A DNA stretch of 64,000 bases, from contig OX597831.1 of NCBI GenBank assembly GCA_951406725.2, positions 43,152,001-43,216,000 on the forward strand, given 5' to 3'. Shown piece after piece: positions 52,071 to 64,000 of the stretch. Under the pieces are notes generated by a model. It had not been told where the DNA came from and made no database searches. It saw only the letters and a program-made list of their open reading frames with translations. This DNA comes from Octopus vulgaris. Taxonomy: Eukaryota. A program made the translations under genes and the position numbers. The stretch's first letter is position 1. Every line of letters begins with the position of its first letter.

Positions 52071-52544
52071 TTTGTCTGTATCTGTTCAGCTGCCTGAACC
52101 AGCTCTTTCCTTTCCTTGTAATGGCATCATCCGCTGGGGATTTGGTAGACGGAAACTGAAAGAAGCCCGTCGTATATATGTATATGTATGTGTGTGTGTA
52201 TATGTTTGTGTGACTGTGTTTGTACCCCCAACATCGCTTGACAACCGATGCTGGTGTGTTTACGTCCCCGTAACTTAGCAATTCGGCATAAGTTCTTACA
52301 AAAAATAATCCTGGTGTCGATTTGCTCGACTAAAAGGCTGTGCTCCAGCATGGCCACAATCAAATGACTGAAACAAGTAAAAGAGTAAAATGCTAACGAT
52401 TCTGTCCGTTTGCTGCCTTTTTTTTTTACCCCAGAATAATAAAAGGCAAATTCCACATCCACATAATTCGAAATAAGAACGTTCAGATATTTAGACGAAT
52501 ACCGAAAACCATTTTGTCTGCCGGTTTCCTGTTTAATTACTCAC

Positions 52545-52600
52545 CATCGTATTAAACTTCTACAATGACATTTTGAATATAACAGTTTTTTGTATTTTTT
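52545..52600 (-). other. Candidate first (5') exon of the DCAKD-like gene
   Basis: The minus strand reads ...gtttaatacgATG|GTGAGT, a strong donor at 52544-52539, right where CpG-poor sequence gives way to CpG-normal sequence. The upstream boundary is unknown. Confidence 0.3.
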
Positions 52601-54075
52601 CTTGTTATAATGGCTTTATTATATGAGAGGCATCACCAAATTATTTTCACGACCTTCGTAAGTAGAGGGAAGAAGGGATAAAATTATCCTCAGATACGAA
52701 ACCCTGGTCGAAATGATTGCAATAGAGCAAGCCCTGTAGAAGGTGCTGAAGGGCCAGGTAATGGTAATAAGCCGAGTAAAGGATTAAATCCACGTGGTTT
52801 TCCATGCCAAAATGTCTCTCTCAAAGGTTTTGTCGACCCGAGGTTGTGGTAGGAGAAATTCGTCAAGGCTACTGCACAGTAGTATCGAACTCGAAAGCCC
52901 TTAGTTGTGAAGCAAGTTATTAGTTATACAGTAACGTCTGTCACCATGTTAAAGTTCGTGTCAACATTTAATAGAGAGAGCATTAAAAATCTGTAAATAT
53001 TTTGGTGAAAATGAAAATATTTATATTAATGACAACCGTTATTTCGTTGTGTTTGCATGAAGTACGGGAGATAACCCTTTATATGTTTTGGTATTATTAT
53101 CTAAGGCGGCAAGCTAGCAGAACCGTTAGCACACCGGATAAAATGCTTAGCGGCATTTCGTGTCTTTATGTTCTGAGTTCAAATTCCGCCTAGGTCGACT
53201 TTGCCTAGCTGAACATTGTGGTCAATGTATTCGACTTTTCCCTTTCCTCAAAAGCTGCTGGCCCTGTGCCAAAATTTGAAACCATTATCACATCATTATA
53301 ATGAAGCGAGCTGGCAGCATCGTCATCACGCTCTACGAAATGTTTAGCGGCAGTTCTTCCGGCTTTACGATCTCGGTTCAAATCTCGCTGCGGTCGACTT
53401 TGACTTTAATCCCTTTTGAGTTGTTAAAATAAGCACTAGTCTTGCACCAGGTTCCATCCAATCGACTAGTCCACTTACCCAAAATTTCTAGCCTTGTGCC
53501 AATCGAAGAAAAAATTGTTATCACATCATCAGCTCATGATAGCTTTTAATAATCCCGACCTGAAATATGCTAACACTAACTAAACTGTTCTTTTTTCATG
53601 AGAATGGCGTTCCTATTTATTTTATAACAATATTAGCGAATGTAAGAACCATTATGAGAAGCACCACCAAATTATTTTCACGGCCTTCGTAACTGGAGGG
53701 AAGAAAGGATGAAATTATCCTCAGATAGGAAACATTGGTCAAAATAGTTGCAATAGAGCAAGCTCTGTAGAAGGTACAGAAGAAGTCAGGTAAAGAATTA
53801 AGTCCACTGTCCAAACATACAGTGACTGCACTGAGACGGGCTTCCATGCCGTTTCTGTCTGCCAAAATGTCTCTCCCAAAGGTTTGGTCGACCCGAAGTT
53901 GCGGTAGGAGAAATTCGTCTAAGCTACTGCACAGTAGGATCGAACTCGAAAGCCCATAGTTGTAAAGCAAGTTATTAGTTATACAGCAACGTCTGCGCCC
54001 ATGTTAAAGTTCGTGCCAACATTTAATAGAGAGAACGTAAAAAAATAACTGCAAATATTTAGGTGAAAATGAAAA
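52590..54075. repeat. Diverged local direct duplication (~430 bp; 52590-53020 vs 53640-54075)
   Basis: Shared blocks caccaaattattttcacg, aaattatcctcagata, ttgcaatagagcaagc, ggtaggagaaattcgtc and atgttaaagttcgtg occur in the same order. Confidence 0.85.
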
Positions 54076-56329
54076 AAATTATATCTACAAGGCCTCTACT
54101 TCTTAGGTCGAAGAATTTTCTAAACTTATCTAAATTAGTTTCTGCCCGTGTTACAAACCCTAATTCTCACTACTTTTCTTTTTGTTCCCTGTTCCTTCAT
54201 TCGTTGCCCTTGTGGCAAATAAATTAACTCCGTTTCGAACCAGAATCTCGGTTCATCATTGGCTTTTCGGATCCCTAGGTAAACAGAAACTGAGAAAATA
54301 TTACAAGGCAAGATGGTGAGCAGCCCTCATCGACTTCTCAATCTTCACGTAAAAAGGAAGGTAAAAATGAAGACGAATATGAAGTTCACCTGTAAATGTA
54401 TCAAAGGTAGGTAAGAGTCGGGTGTAGGGGTCGAATGAATGTGTTTACTTTCGCCATGCACTTCTCGGCCCAGGAATACAGCTGAGAGAGAGCACTTAGA
54501 CTTGATAGTCAGAATATTTTCAGATCCTTGATTGTTCCCAGGTGGCGAAACTTCTCTGGAGAGTCTATCGTATTTCTCTAACATTTGCACAACCACTTTT
54601 ATGTTTATTCATTCGATTTTTTTTTTAACCACCAGCCCTTATAGCAATGTTCTGCAATGTCTTGCAGTGTCCCCTTATTCATGCGAATACGAGATGGGGA
54701 TAATTGAACGATAAACTGATTTTCTGAGAGGCATACAAGATTCAGAAAAAGACAATTTTGTGCTTTCCGAAAAAGAAAGTAATAACTTGAGCGGTTTTGT
54801 CAAAACTGCTGTCAACATCGAATGTTTAAATATGGATAGAATACAGTCCCATAGTTATGGAAAACTTATATTTACAAGGCCTCTACTTCCTAGGTCGAAT
54901 AATTCTCTTAAGAGAGAGCAAGAAGAGAACTGATCTAAAGTTGTCTCATGAAAGGAGAGGAACTTCTCTGTGTCCTTGAAGGGCCTGCTCAGGTAATCTC
55001 CAGCACATCTCTGAACTAGCGTCTTATACATAGAGAGAGAGGTTGGGGCAAAGCCTATGGCACTGAGTCCGGACTTTCAAGGCCTAGGGAGATGCGAGGT
55101 ACCAAGAAGAGATTTTGTACGAATTAACCACTCATAAGTTTGTGCTCCAGGATATGGAACAGCGTAATAGAAAGGTGACAATCAGGAATATAGGAAGTGA
55201 CATTGAACCCTGGTTAGTTGCAACTCTGTAGTCCTATATGAGTGGAGGATAAGTGCACAAGTAATGAGGAAAACCATGTGATCGGGAGGGGTCACCATAA
55301 CAGTCCTTATAACTCTACAAAACCAGGGACTTGTATCTAGGCGAGGAAGCAAATACAAAGTGTGTGAGAGTTAGGGAACAAGGCAAATATCTAGTTGTTA
55401 TAGCTGTGGTAGTAAGATCCACTAGGAGGGCTTTTTGCCTTGAAGAGCTGGCGAAGAGGAATAGAAGGAAAAGCGGTGAGGAGCAGCAGGTCTTAACCTC
55501 CAGGTCACCGTTGTTCACAATTTCGGAGTATATTGTTCCAGCAGTGTCGCTAGTCGAACCACCAATTATGGTTCCGAAGGCTGCTGGAAAACTGCTTTGC
55601 CCTCAGTTTCAGAAGCGAATAACGACAGAGCTTCTACCCGAGCAGTACTGTCTCATCATTTTATGAGAACCAGATGGGGATGGAAAACGAGCAAAAGAGG
55701 CAAATTGCGACTGAGAGCATCAAAGGTAAAACGAGAAGACTTCAAAGAAGAAAAATTTACCTGATCACAGGTCTGCCCAATTAGAGTCCGCCTAGGGCTA
55801 AACCACCACCACCACCACCACTACTATCACCACCACCATCACAACAACTGTTACTACATATTTCATCGATTAATTCACTAAGGAGATAACACTTTCGATT
55901 ATATTCGTATTAAACCTGTTAGATTTTCCTTGTATTTGATAACAGTGAAGTGGCTAGAGTTTTATGACAGAGGATGCGTATATAATTAAAATACGTTAAC
56001 AGGTAGAAGCTTATAGCATATTGATTTTAATCTCATCACAACTAATACACAAATAAGCAAAGAACCGAATTTAAGGAAATAGTCTTAAACACTGACAACT
56101 TAATCCTGTTTAAGCTTCATATTTGTGTCTAAGCGATTGTCTTCGTTATCGAACTAATTCACAGGTGTTGTGGACTTCATAAATCTCCGTTAAATAAAAT
56201 TGAATTCTTTTTTTTAGATATTTTAAAGAATTTCATAAAGCTTACATAATCCCTTTGTCAAGAATATTTTTCTATATAAAGAGAAGTCTGTTAGTCTGTG
56301 GTACATTCTTCTTTCAGTGAATTCTCACC

Positions 56330-56385
56330 ATGAAGATTGTATTGCTCCTAGCTAGCTGCCTTGTGTGCCGTTGTCTTCTGTCAGG
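56330..56385 (+). CDS. Probable first coding exon (signal peptide) of a secreted PAN/apple-domain protein
   Basis: Acceptor ctttcag| at 56317 and accATG context. MKIVLLLASCLVCRCLLSG is signal-peptide-like. Donor GG|GTAAGT is phase 2, which does not directly match the next exon found. Confidence 0.55.
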
Positions 56386-56403
56386 GTAAGTAGAATTTTG
56401 ACT

Positions 56404-56724
56404 CGGTAGAATTTGGAACCTCGATTTCCGAAATTAATTCGTTCCTGAAGGTCGTTCGTCACCCGAAATGTTCGTGCACCGAAACTAATTTTCCAATACG
56501 AAATTCAAGAGAAGGCATAGCGAATTCGAGCGGGTATGTACACTGAGCCAAAGTTAGACAACTAACACTCCTGATATTTCCAGCTTTGTCGCCAACCGTT
56601 GTTCTTGGCTTGCGTGTTTGTTATTCGAGACACCGTTCATCACCCGAGACTTTATGTATGAAAAATTGTTCGTAAATCGATTTGTTTGTGATGAGAGGCG
56701 TTCGTAAACCGAGGTTTCGCTGTA
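56404..56724. mobile_element. Tc1/pogo (Tigger-like) MITE relic
   Basis: Ends ggaacctcg... and ...cgaggtttcgctgta are inverted, with internal ttcg/cgaa repeats typical of such elements. Confidence 0.4.
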
Positions 56725-57030
56725 TTTTTTCCATGTGTGACTAACATACGATAGGTAATGCAAGAAGTGACAAACTATGTTCACGTTTAGTCGACACAAC
56801 ATGACTTCTACCCTCTTCTCAAGCCAGTTTTTTTATCTTTCACTTATGTCTTTTACTTGTTTCAGTCATTGGACTGCGGCCAGGCTGGGGCATCATCTTG
56901 AAGGGTTTAGTCGAACAAATCGTTTCCAGTACATTTTTAAAGTTTTGTATTAACGCTTTTGGTCTTTTTAGCAGAGCCAACCGCTCCGTTACGGAGACGT
57001 AAACAAACTCCGACACAAAGAAAGACACGG

Positions 57031-57061
<31 letters not shown>

Positions 57062-59425
57062 CACACACACACACACACACACACATAGATACTATATACA
57101 ACGGGCTTCCACACAGTTTCCGTCTATCAAATTCACTTACAAAGCATTGGTCAGCCCGGGCTTATAGTAGAAAATAGACGCCCAAATTGCACGCAGTGGG
57201 ACTGAACCGAAACTATGCGGGTGCAAAACATGCTTCTTAACCATAGCCATGCCCGTGCCAGCACAAGCCTAGCAGATTCCAATGGCAGTAAAGTGTTCTT
57301 TTATCCTTTACTTGTTTCTGTCATCGGACCGCGGCCATGCTGGGGTACCGCTTTGAAGAATTTTAGTCAAACGGATCGACCCCAGTGCTTATTTTTTAAA
57401 GCCTGGTACTTATTCTATCGGTGCGTTTTGCCGAAGCGCTAAGTTACGGTTTGTCCAGCAGTAGGACAGGAGACAAACACACACACATATACGACAGGCT
57501 TCTTTCAGTTCCCGCCTACCAGATATGATCACAAGGCCCTGGTCGGCCCGACGCTACAGCAGAAGATAGTTGTTCAATGTGCGGCGCAGTGGGATGGAAC
57601 CCGGAATTAAGTGGTTGAGAAGCAAACTCCTTACCGGGACATCAGGCCTGACGAGTCGGCAAGTGAATATCGATATCGTGTCCTGCTACCAATGCGAACG
57701 GCATGGTTCTTCTATGAGTAATTTCTACAAATTTTGTAAGACGTGAAGATGCAAGATCTTTGTATATATAAGTTTAAATAATTTCCCAATAATAGATTAT
57801 AATATTAGGCAAGTCATTCACCTCTGATGCAGACAGTCTGAACTTCAATTGGACTATCTAGATATCGTACGATTTTATAACAAAGTCGATACCAATTTTA
57901 TTATTAACAATTACTCATGTACTAAGTGAATATATAAGTACTTGTTAAGTACATTAGATGCGGTTAGGTTTATGGCATATCTGATGAGGATTTCATAAAC
58001 TTGCTGTGACGATTCTCTCATGAGAGAAACCTGTAATAATTAGGAATTTTTATCAATAGAAATGAGAGAACCTTTTTCATTCAAATGGGTGAAAACTAGA
58101 ATAAGCTCGGGAATATTTCAGTTATAATGCAAGCGGCTTGCTACTTTTGTGAAGAGAGTGCCCTGACATCCAACAGGGTTAAAAACAAGACCCTGTTGAA
58201 AGGTAGATGAGTTTCCTGTGAGCCAACAGTCATCCAGTTGGGAAAGGCAATGACAAAACACTCTAGTATCTCTGTTAAGGAAGCAGCATGACAAGGGCAG
58301 AACGAGGTAACGCTATAGCTTCATCCGATGGGAGAGCTCGCGCTTATCGGGAAAGTTTTCGTTGTAATGTCATCAACGTGCTGCAAAAGCGCACGATACA
58401 TGACGACGACTAAGGTACGGGGACGTAAACAAACTAACATTGTTTGTCAAGCGTGTATTGGGGGAAGTGTGAAGGCGCATGGCTCAGTGGTTAGAGCGTC
58501 GAGCTTATGATCGTGAGGTTGTGAGTTCGAATCCTGGACCGGGCTGCGTGTTGTGTTCTTGAGTAAGACACTTTATTTCACGTTGCTCCAGTTCACACAA
58601 CTGTAAAAATGAGTTGCGACGTCACAGGTACCAAGCTGTATCGGCTGTTGCCTTTCCCTTGGATAACACTGGTGACGTGGAGAAGGGAGTCTGGTATGCA
58701 TGGGCGACTGCTGGTCTTCCATAAACAATCTTGCCCAGACTTGTGCCTGGGAGGGTAACTTTCTAGGTGCAACCTTATGACTGAAAGAGGTTTCAACTGA
58801 TTGGGGGAAGCATAAAGACATGCACGAACTCTCTCTCTCACACACACGCACACACACACACACACACACACACGACGGACTTTCACAGTTTATGTCTACC
58901 AAATTCACTCACAGGGCATTGAGTAAGTGTATCGTAGAAGACATTTGTCCAAGATGTTGCATAGTAGGAACTGAACCAGAAACCGAGGCCGTTGCGAAGC
59001 TAACTTCTTGACCACACAATCATACCTTCGTTAAGAGAGCAATGATAATATACGTAGGAGCATTCATTTTGGGAAAGATGTGATGCACTTTACAATGCGC
59101 TTTATCCATGAAGAAACGAGTGACTTCCTTCGTCAACGTAGTGGATGCAAGAGGTAACTTAGAGCCCACATACCGTATTTGATAGCATAAAAGACATACG
59201 GGTACGGGCTTATAAGACGCATCCCAATTTCAGCAGCGTATATTCAGGAGAAAAATGAGCGTCAAGAATAGAATCAGCTCATGGGAGACCCAACTTCGAA
59301 TATAAGACGTGCGTTTTTAAAAGGAAAATTGTATTTTATTTACCCTCAAAAAACAATAATTTAATATTCAAGAAGAGTTTATAATCGTCGTTAAGTGTGT
59401 TCGCATTGATATCTTCACTGTAGCT

Positions 59426-59742
59426 CAATGGTTCCCGACCATTTTTGTTTTTTATCTATGGGCCCCTTTGATTATTATTCTCTTCTAGTGGACCCATGTG
59501 GCTATCCGATGTTTACAAACTTATTTTATAGATACTTCTTTCAAAATTCCTATTTCGCACATCAATTTGTGTAGGCTGAACTATGTAAAACGTTTGAGAA
59601 AGAAACCTCGCTGTTTCCAGCAATAAATGCATCTGAATCAAAATATTTTCATTGACCTTTGATATACTACTGTGAGTCCCCAATTTATTACTTCGCTTGC
59701 GTGGACCCTAGGGGTCATATGGTTCCCGGTTGAGAACCACTG
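59426..59742. mobile_element. hAT (Charlie-like) MITE
   Basis: TIRs caatggttcccgacc and ggttgagaaccactg; imperfect 8-bp TSD ctgtagct/cagtaact with central TA. Confidence 0.7.
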
Positions 59743-60541
59743 CAGTAACTAGTTTTATTAAAATCTAGAACCTCTCTTGGATTTTATTACCATTCTTGCA
59801 GGTACGCTTTTACTTGTTTCAGTAATTTGACTGCGGCCATGCTGGAGCACCGCCTTTAGTCGAATCAAATCGACCCCAGGACTTATTCTTTGTAAGCCTA
59901 GTACTTATTCTATCAGTCTCTTTTGCCGAACCGCAAAGTTACGGGGACCAGCATCAGTTGTCAAGCGATGTTGGGGGGGGGGGGGGGCAGACACACAAAC
60001 ATATACACACACATACATATATATATACATATATACGACGGGCTTCTTTCAGTTTCCCTCTACCAAATCCACTCACAAGGCTTTGGTCGACCCGAGGCTA
60101 TTGCAGAAGACACTTGCCCAAGATGTCACGCTGTGGGAATGAACCCGGAACCATGTGGTTGGTAAACAAGCTACTTACCACACAGCCACTCCTGCGCCTA
60201 TAAAAAAATTGTGACCGGACATCCATGAGACTCGAGCTCACATCCCTGTGATTACGCGTCAAGTGTTTTAACCTTTAAGCTAAACACATGAGCTTGTTAT
60301 CAAAAACGAGCCTACACGCATCCAGATGTAGCTAAATAATATATTGATTACCAGCCTCCAGCCTGTTGTTAATTTGGGGCCCTAGTCTGGGTATAGACTA
60401 TGGATGATTAAATTACAACAGTTATTAGTTTGTATGATAGTGCATTGTTGTGTCATTCAAAATATTTTATTCTTTACGTAATTTATCTGTTTATATGTTG
60501 TTTTCTTTTTTTAATTTTTTAAAAACTTTTTTTTACACTAG

Positions 60542-60622
60542 ACACTACGTCCGATGGATTGAACCGTTATCGAAGGGAAATTAAGTATGATAGTTACTTA
60601 ATGAACGTTGCAATACCTGGAA
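60542..60622 (+). CDS. 81-nt exon of the PAN-domain gene (propeptide-like, RYRR)
   Basis: Long polypyrimidine tract then ctag|AC..., donor GGA A|GTAAGT. The phase 1-1 reading is open (xTTSDGLNRYRREIKYDSYLMNVAIPG) and joins the next exon in frame. Confidence 0.65.
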
Positions 60623-62830
60623 GTAAGTATTCCTGCCTTCCCTTCTTTCTTTCTTTCTTTCTTTCCTTTTTTGGGGGCCTTTCTTTCTATATGGAGTCGT
60701 AGAAGCATTGTCGTATTATATACAGCTTGTCTCAGCATCGGGTGGGGGGACGGCATTTTATAAACCTGGTTGAACCTCTTCCTCTCTATGTCTAATCACA
60801 GCCGATTTCTCCCAGAGATAGAAAAAAATGAGGGAGAGAGAAAGAGAGAAACGCGAGTGAGATAAAGTGAGGTAAAGAGAAAGAATAAGATAGGAATAAA
60901 ACGAGAGAAGAGAGGGGGTGGGAGGCAGATAGAGACTACCTTTAATTAAGAGGCATGATAAAGTATAGGAAATTTTGTGTCCTTGTATACAAGACCCCAG
61001 AATTATTTTCTCTCTTGACTCTCATCTCTGATGCATTGGCAGGGTGACGAGTTCGCAGAATCGTTAGCATGTCCCGAGTTCGAATTCCGCTAAGGTCAAT
61101 TTTGTTTTCTCGTCATTTAGGGTCGGTATAATCGATTAACAGCTCCCCCAAAAATCGTTGGCCTTGTCCCAAATTTTGAAACAATTATTACTTTTGAATC
61201 TGAGAAAATATTCCTTAGAATATAATTCGCTGACTTTCGTACAATAACGGAGCCTAACTAGAATCAAGATTAAAACCGGTTCTCGTATGTCAAATCAGTG
61301 CATCTCAGGGATTCTTTCATCTCTACTAAATTAAAAGAAGCTTATAAATTCATATACTAAAAGAACATGGCCTATTTCTTCTTCACTTTTTCTATACACG
61401 CCAAACCAGAGAGAAGTTTTATTTTTTTAATTCTCTTTTTATTTTCTAATTTACTCACGTGTTCGTCTGAACGGATTCTTATGTCATGAACGCTGTTGAA
61501 AGTTTCTTTTTCAGCCGAAACAGTGCAAGGCTTCTACCAACTATTGGTCATTTCAAGAACTGTATGCATTCATTTGGATAATTTCTATCCACGTTCTTAC
61601 ACAAGGGATCTTAATAATACTGTATAGTTCTTGTTGACAAGTTTCCCTACGCATTTGTGCGCAGAAGCTTTACAAACACTTTGTAACCTTTCTTTTTTTT
61701 TCTTTTTTTTTTTTTCATCTTTTACTTGTTTCAGTTATAAGACTGCAGTACCTATTTCTTTATTTATTAAATTATTTAATTATTCCTTATTATTTTATTA
61801 ATAAGACTGCAGTACCACCTGGAAGATATTTTTAGTTGAACGAATCGACCCCAGCCCTGTTTTTTTATTTTATTTTTAAGCCTAGTACTTATTCTAGCTG
61901 TCTCTGTTGACTATTAAGTTACAGGGACATAAACACCTGTTGTCAGGTGGTGCAATGGGGAACACATACACGCACGCGCACGATAAACTTCTTTCGGTTT
62001 CTGTCTACCAAATCCACTTACAACGCTTTGGTCGGCCCGAGGCTATAGTAGAAGACACCTGCCCAAGGTGCTACGCAGTGGGACTGAACCCAGAACCATG
62101 TGGTTGGGAAGGAAGCTTCTTACCACACAACCACGCCTGCTGCTATTGTTAATAAAATTATTCTGATGTATAGTGACCCCTTTGTCCATTTACTTTAGCC
62201 TATATTACAAATACCATTTTAAAGAATAATCGTCTATTCGGCCCTCAAGATCTAGTTTGACCTCTCGAATGGCTACCCAAGTCAGTTTAACCAATCAGCA
62301 CGAGCTTTCCCTTTATTGTTTTCTCATATCAATATCAAAACCTGGAAGGCGGTGGTGGCAGAATTATTACCGCTCTGGGCAAAATGCTTACTGGTATTTC
62401 GTCCGCCGGATCTTTTCCCTTTCAATGGCAGATCGAGAAATTAATTTTTTGTAACTAAACACTTTCAAACTTCGGACACTGGTACAATGTATCATATAAA
62501 ACATCTTTTACTCTTAGCGTTTTTGAGAAAAGTTTATATTTACGAAGTTATTTTATGTTAAAGTAGTCGTATTTCGGTAATTTCAACCAATCAATGACAT
62601 AGTTTTATATGATACATTCTAGGTTCTGGTCGACTTTACTGTTCATCCTTTCGAGATCGATAAAATAAGTATCAGTTGAGCACTGGTGTCTATGTAATCG
62701 ACTTACTTCCTTCTCCGAAATTGCTGTCCTTCTGCCAAAATTTGAAACCTTTGATTTGATAGGGAAAAAAACCCTAGAGATTGCGTGTTCTTTGCTATTT
62801 TTTTCATTGTTTGTTTTCTTCTTCTTCCAG

Positions 62831-63070
62831 GTGTCATTACGAAAACATGGTTTATTGAAGTCAAGCACTGTTACATACCAATCCACACGTATATCGACAT
62901 TCACAGAAACAGTTCGCTCACAGAGTGTGCCTACCAATGTCTTCTTACGCACGGCTGTCGGTCATTCGAATTCGGGAGAAAGCACAACAACTGTTTCCTC
63001 TCTCACCACAACGGGCAACAAACCAAGGCCAAATACAGCTACTATAGAGATTTCTACCAGTTACTAAACC
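62831..63070 (+). CDS. PAN/apple domain exon; the gene continues beyond the window
   Basis: cttcttccag|GT...AAC C|GTAAGT (240 nt, phase 1-1). Reads WFIEVKHCYI...SLTECAYQCLLTHGCRSFEF...NCFLS...RDFYQ, i.e. the PAN C-xxx-C...C-x-S-F...C-x-L pattern. Confidence 0.85.
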
Positions 63071-63155
63071 GTAAGTATTCTAGAATTAAACTATTCTTAA
63101 TATATTTTGTAGAGGGATTATTAATACAACTATCGCAATATTAATCATTGAGTAA

Positions 63156-64000
63156 GGCGGCGAGCTGGCAGAAACGTTAGCACGCCGGGCGAAATGCTTA
63201 GCGGTATTTCGTCTGCCGCTACGTTCTGAGTTCAAATTCCGCCGAGGTCGACTTTGCCTTTCATCCTTTCGGGGTCGATAAAATAAGTACCAGTTACGCA
63301 CTGGGGTCGATATAATCGACTTAATCCGTTTTCCTGTCCTTGTTTGTCCTCTCTGCGTTTGGCCCCTTGTGGGTAGTAAACAAATAGGTATTTCATCTGT
63401 CTTTACTTTCTGAGTTCAAATTCCACAAGTGTCGATTTTGCCTTTCATCCTTTCGGAGTCGATAAACTATCAGTGGAACACTGAAGTCAATGTAATCGAC
63501 TTAACCCTCCACGAAATTTCTGGCATTGGGCCGAAATTTGAAATCAGTATTTAACATTGAGTAGCATTATCTATGATATTCTTTTCTACTCTAGGCACAA
63601 GACCCAAAATTTTTAGGGAAGGCGGCAGTCTATTAGATTGACACCAGTACGCAACTGGTACTTAATTTATCGACCCCGAAAGGATGAAAAGCAAAGTCGA
63701 CCTCGGCGAAATTTGAACTCAGGACGTAAAGACAGGCGAAATACTGCTAAGCATTTCACCCGGCGTGCTAACGTTTCTTATCTCTTTATTGCCCACAAGG
63801 GGCTAAACATAGAGGGGACAAACAAGGACAAAGGGATTAAGTCGATTACATCGACCCCAGTGCGTAACTGGTACTTAATTTATCGAACCCGAAAGGATGA
63901 AAGGCAAAGTCGACCTCGGCGGAATTTGAACTAAGAACGTAACGGCAGACGAAATACTGCTAATCATTTCGCCCGGCGTGCTAACGTTTCTGCCAGCTCA
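63156..64000. mobile_element. Two oppositely oriented Meta-like SINE multimers (63156-63550 +, 63580-64000 -)
   Basis: Near-perfect family consensus ggcggcgagctggcagaaacgttagc..., with its reverse complement ending at the window edge. Confidence 0.85.

Noticed and set aside
52095-52140. ADDAITRK resembling the CoaE DADxIAR motif
   Set aside because: There is no GT/GC donor at the required position, and upstream sequence is a SINE; probably chance, though a disrupted exon relic cannot be fully excluded.
54900-55800. Possible old LINE 3' fragment on the minus strand
   Set aside because: Composition is suggestive, but I could not identify a diagnostic motif, so it is left unannotated.

Overview
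This is AT-rich, repeat-dense eukaryotic DNA with long introns. The microsatellite load and the SINE/RTE repeat families look like an octopus (coleoid cephalopod) genome; this is pattern recognition, not a database match. Three spliced protein-coding genes were reconstructed by hand. (1) The 3' part of a + strand extracellular FCGBP/zonadhesin-like gene (TIL, TILa/EGF-like, vWA with intact MIDAS; exons 268-461, 5346-5550, 6846-7075, 8839-9168), whose first intron here uses a GC donor. (2) A - strand dephospho-CoA kinase domain gene (DCAKD-like; exons 43613-43410, 36521-36434, 33310-33025) that is divergent at conserved residues and whose P-loop exon I could not find. (3) The 5' part of a + strand, probably secreted PAN/apple-domain gene (56330-56385, 60542-60622, 62831-63070). 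The rest is mobile and repeat DNA: a young 5'-truncated RTE LINE with a PHD-like finger and a structured tandem 3' UTR, a decayed RTE, a decayed Helitron Rep/helicase, non-autonomous Helitrons, MITEs, three tRNA-derived SINE families, and mini- and microsatellites. Most ORFs in the supplied track are repeat artefacts. The best candidates for something new are the covarying ~61-nt RNA-structure array in the RTE 3' UTR, Penelope-type hammerhead-like motifs, a TACTAAC-AG minisatellite, and the possible pseudo-enzyme DCAKD. Repeat boundaries are approximate (about +/-20 nt); exon boundaries were read base by base.
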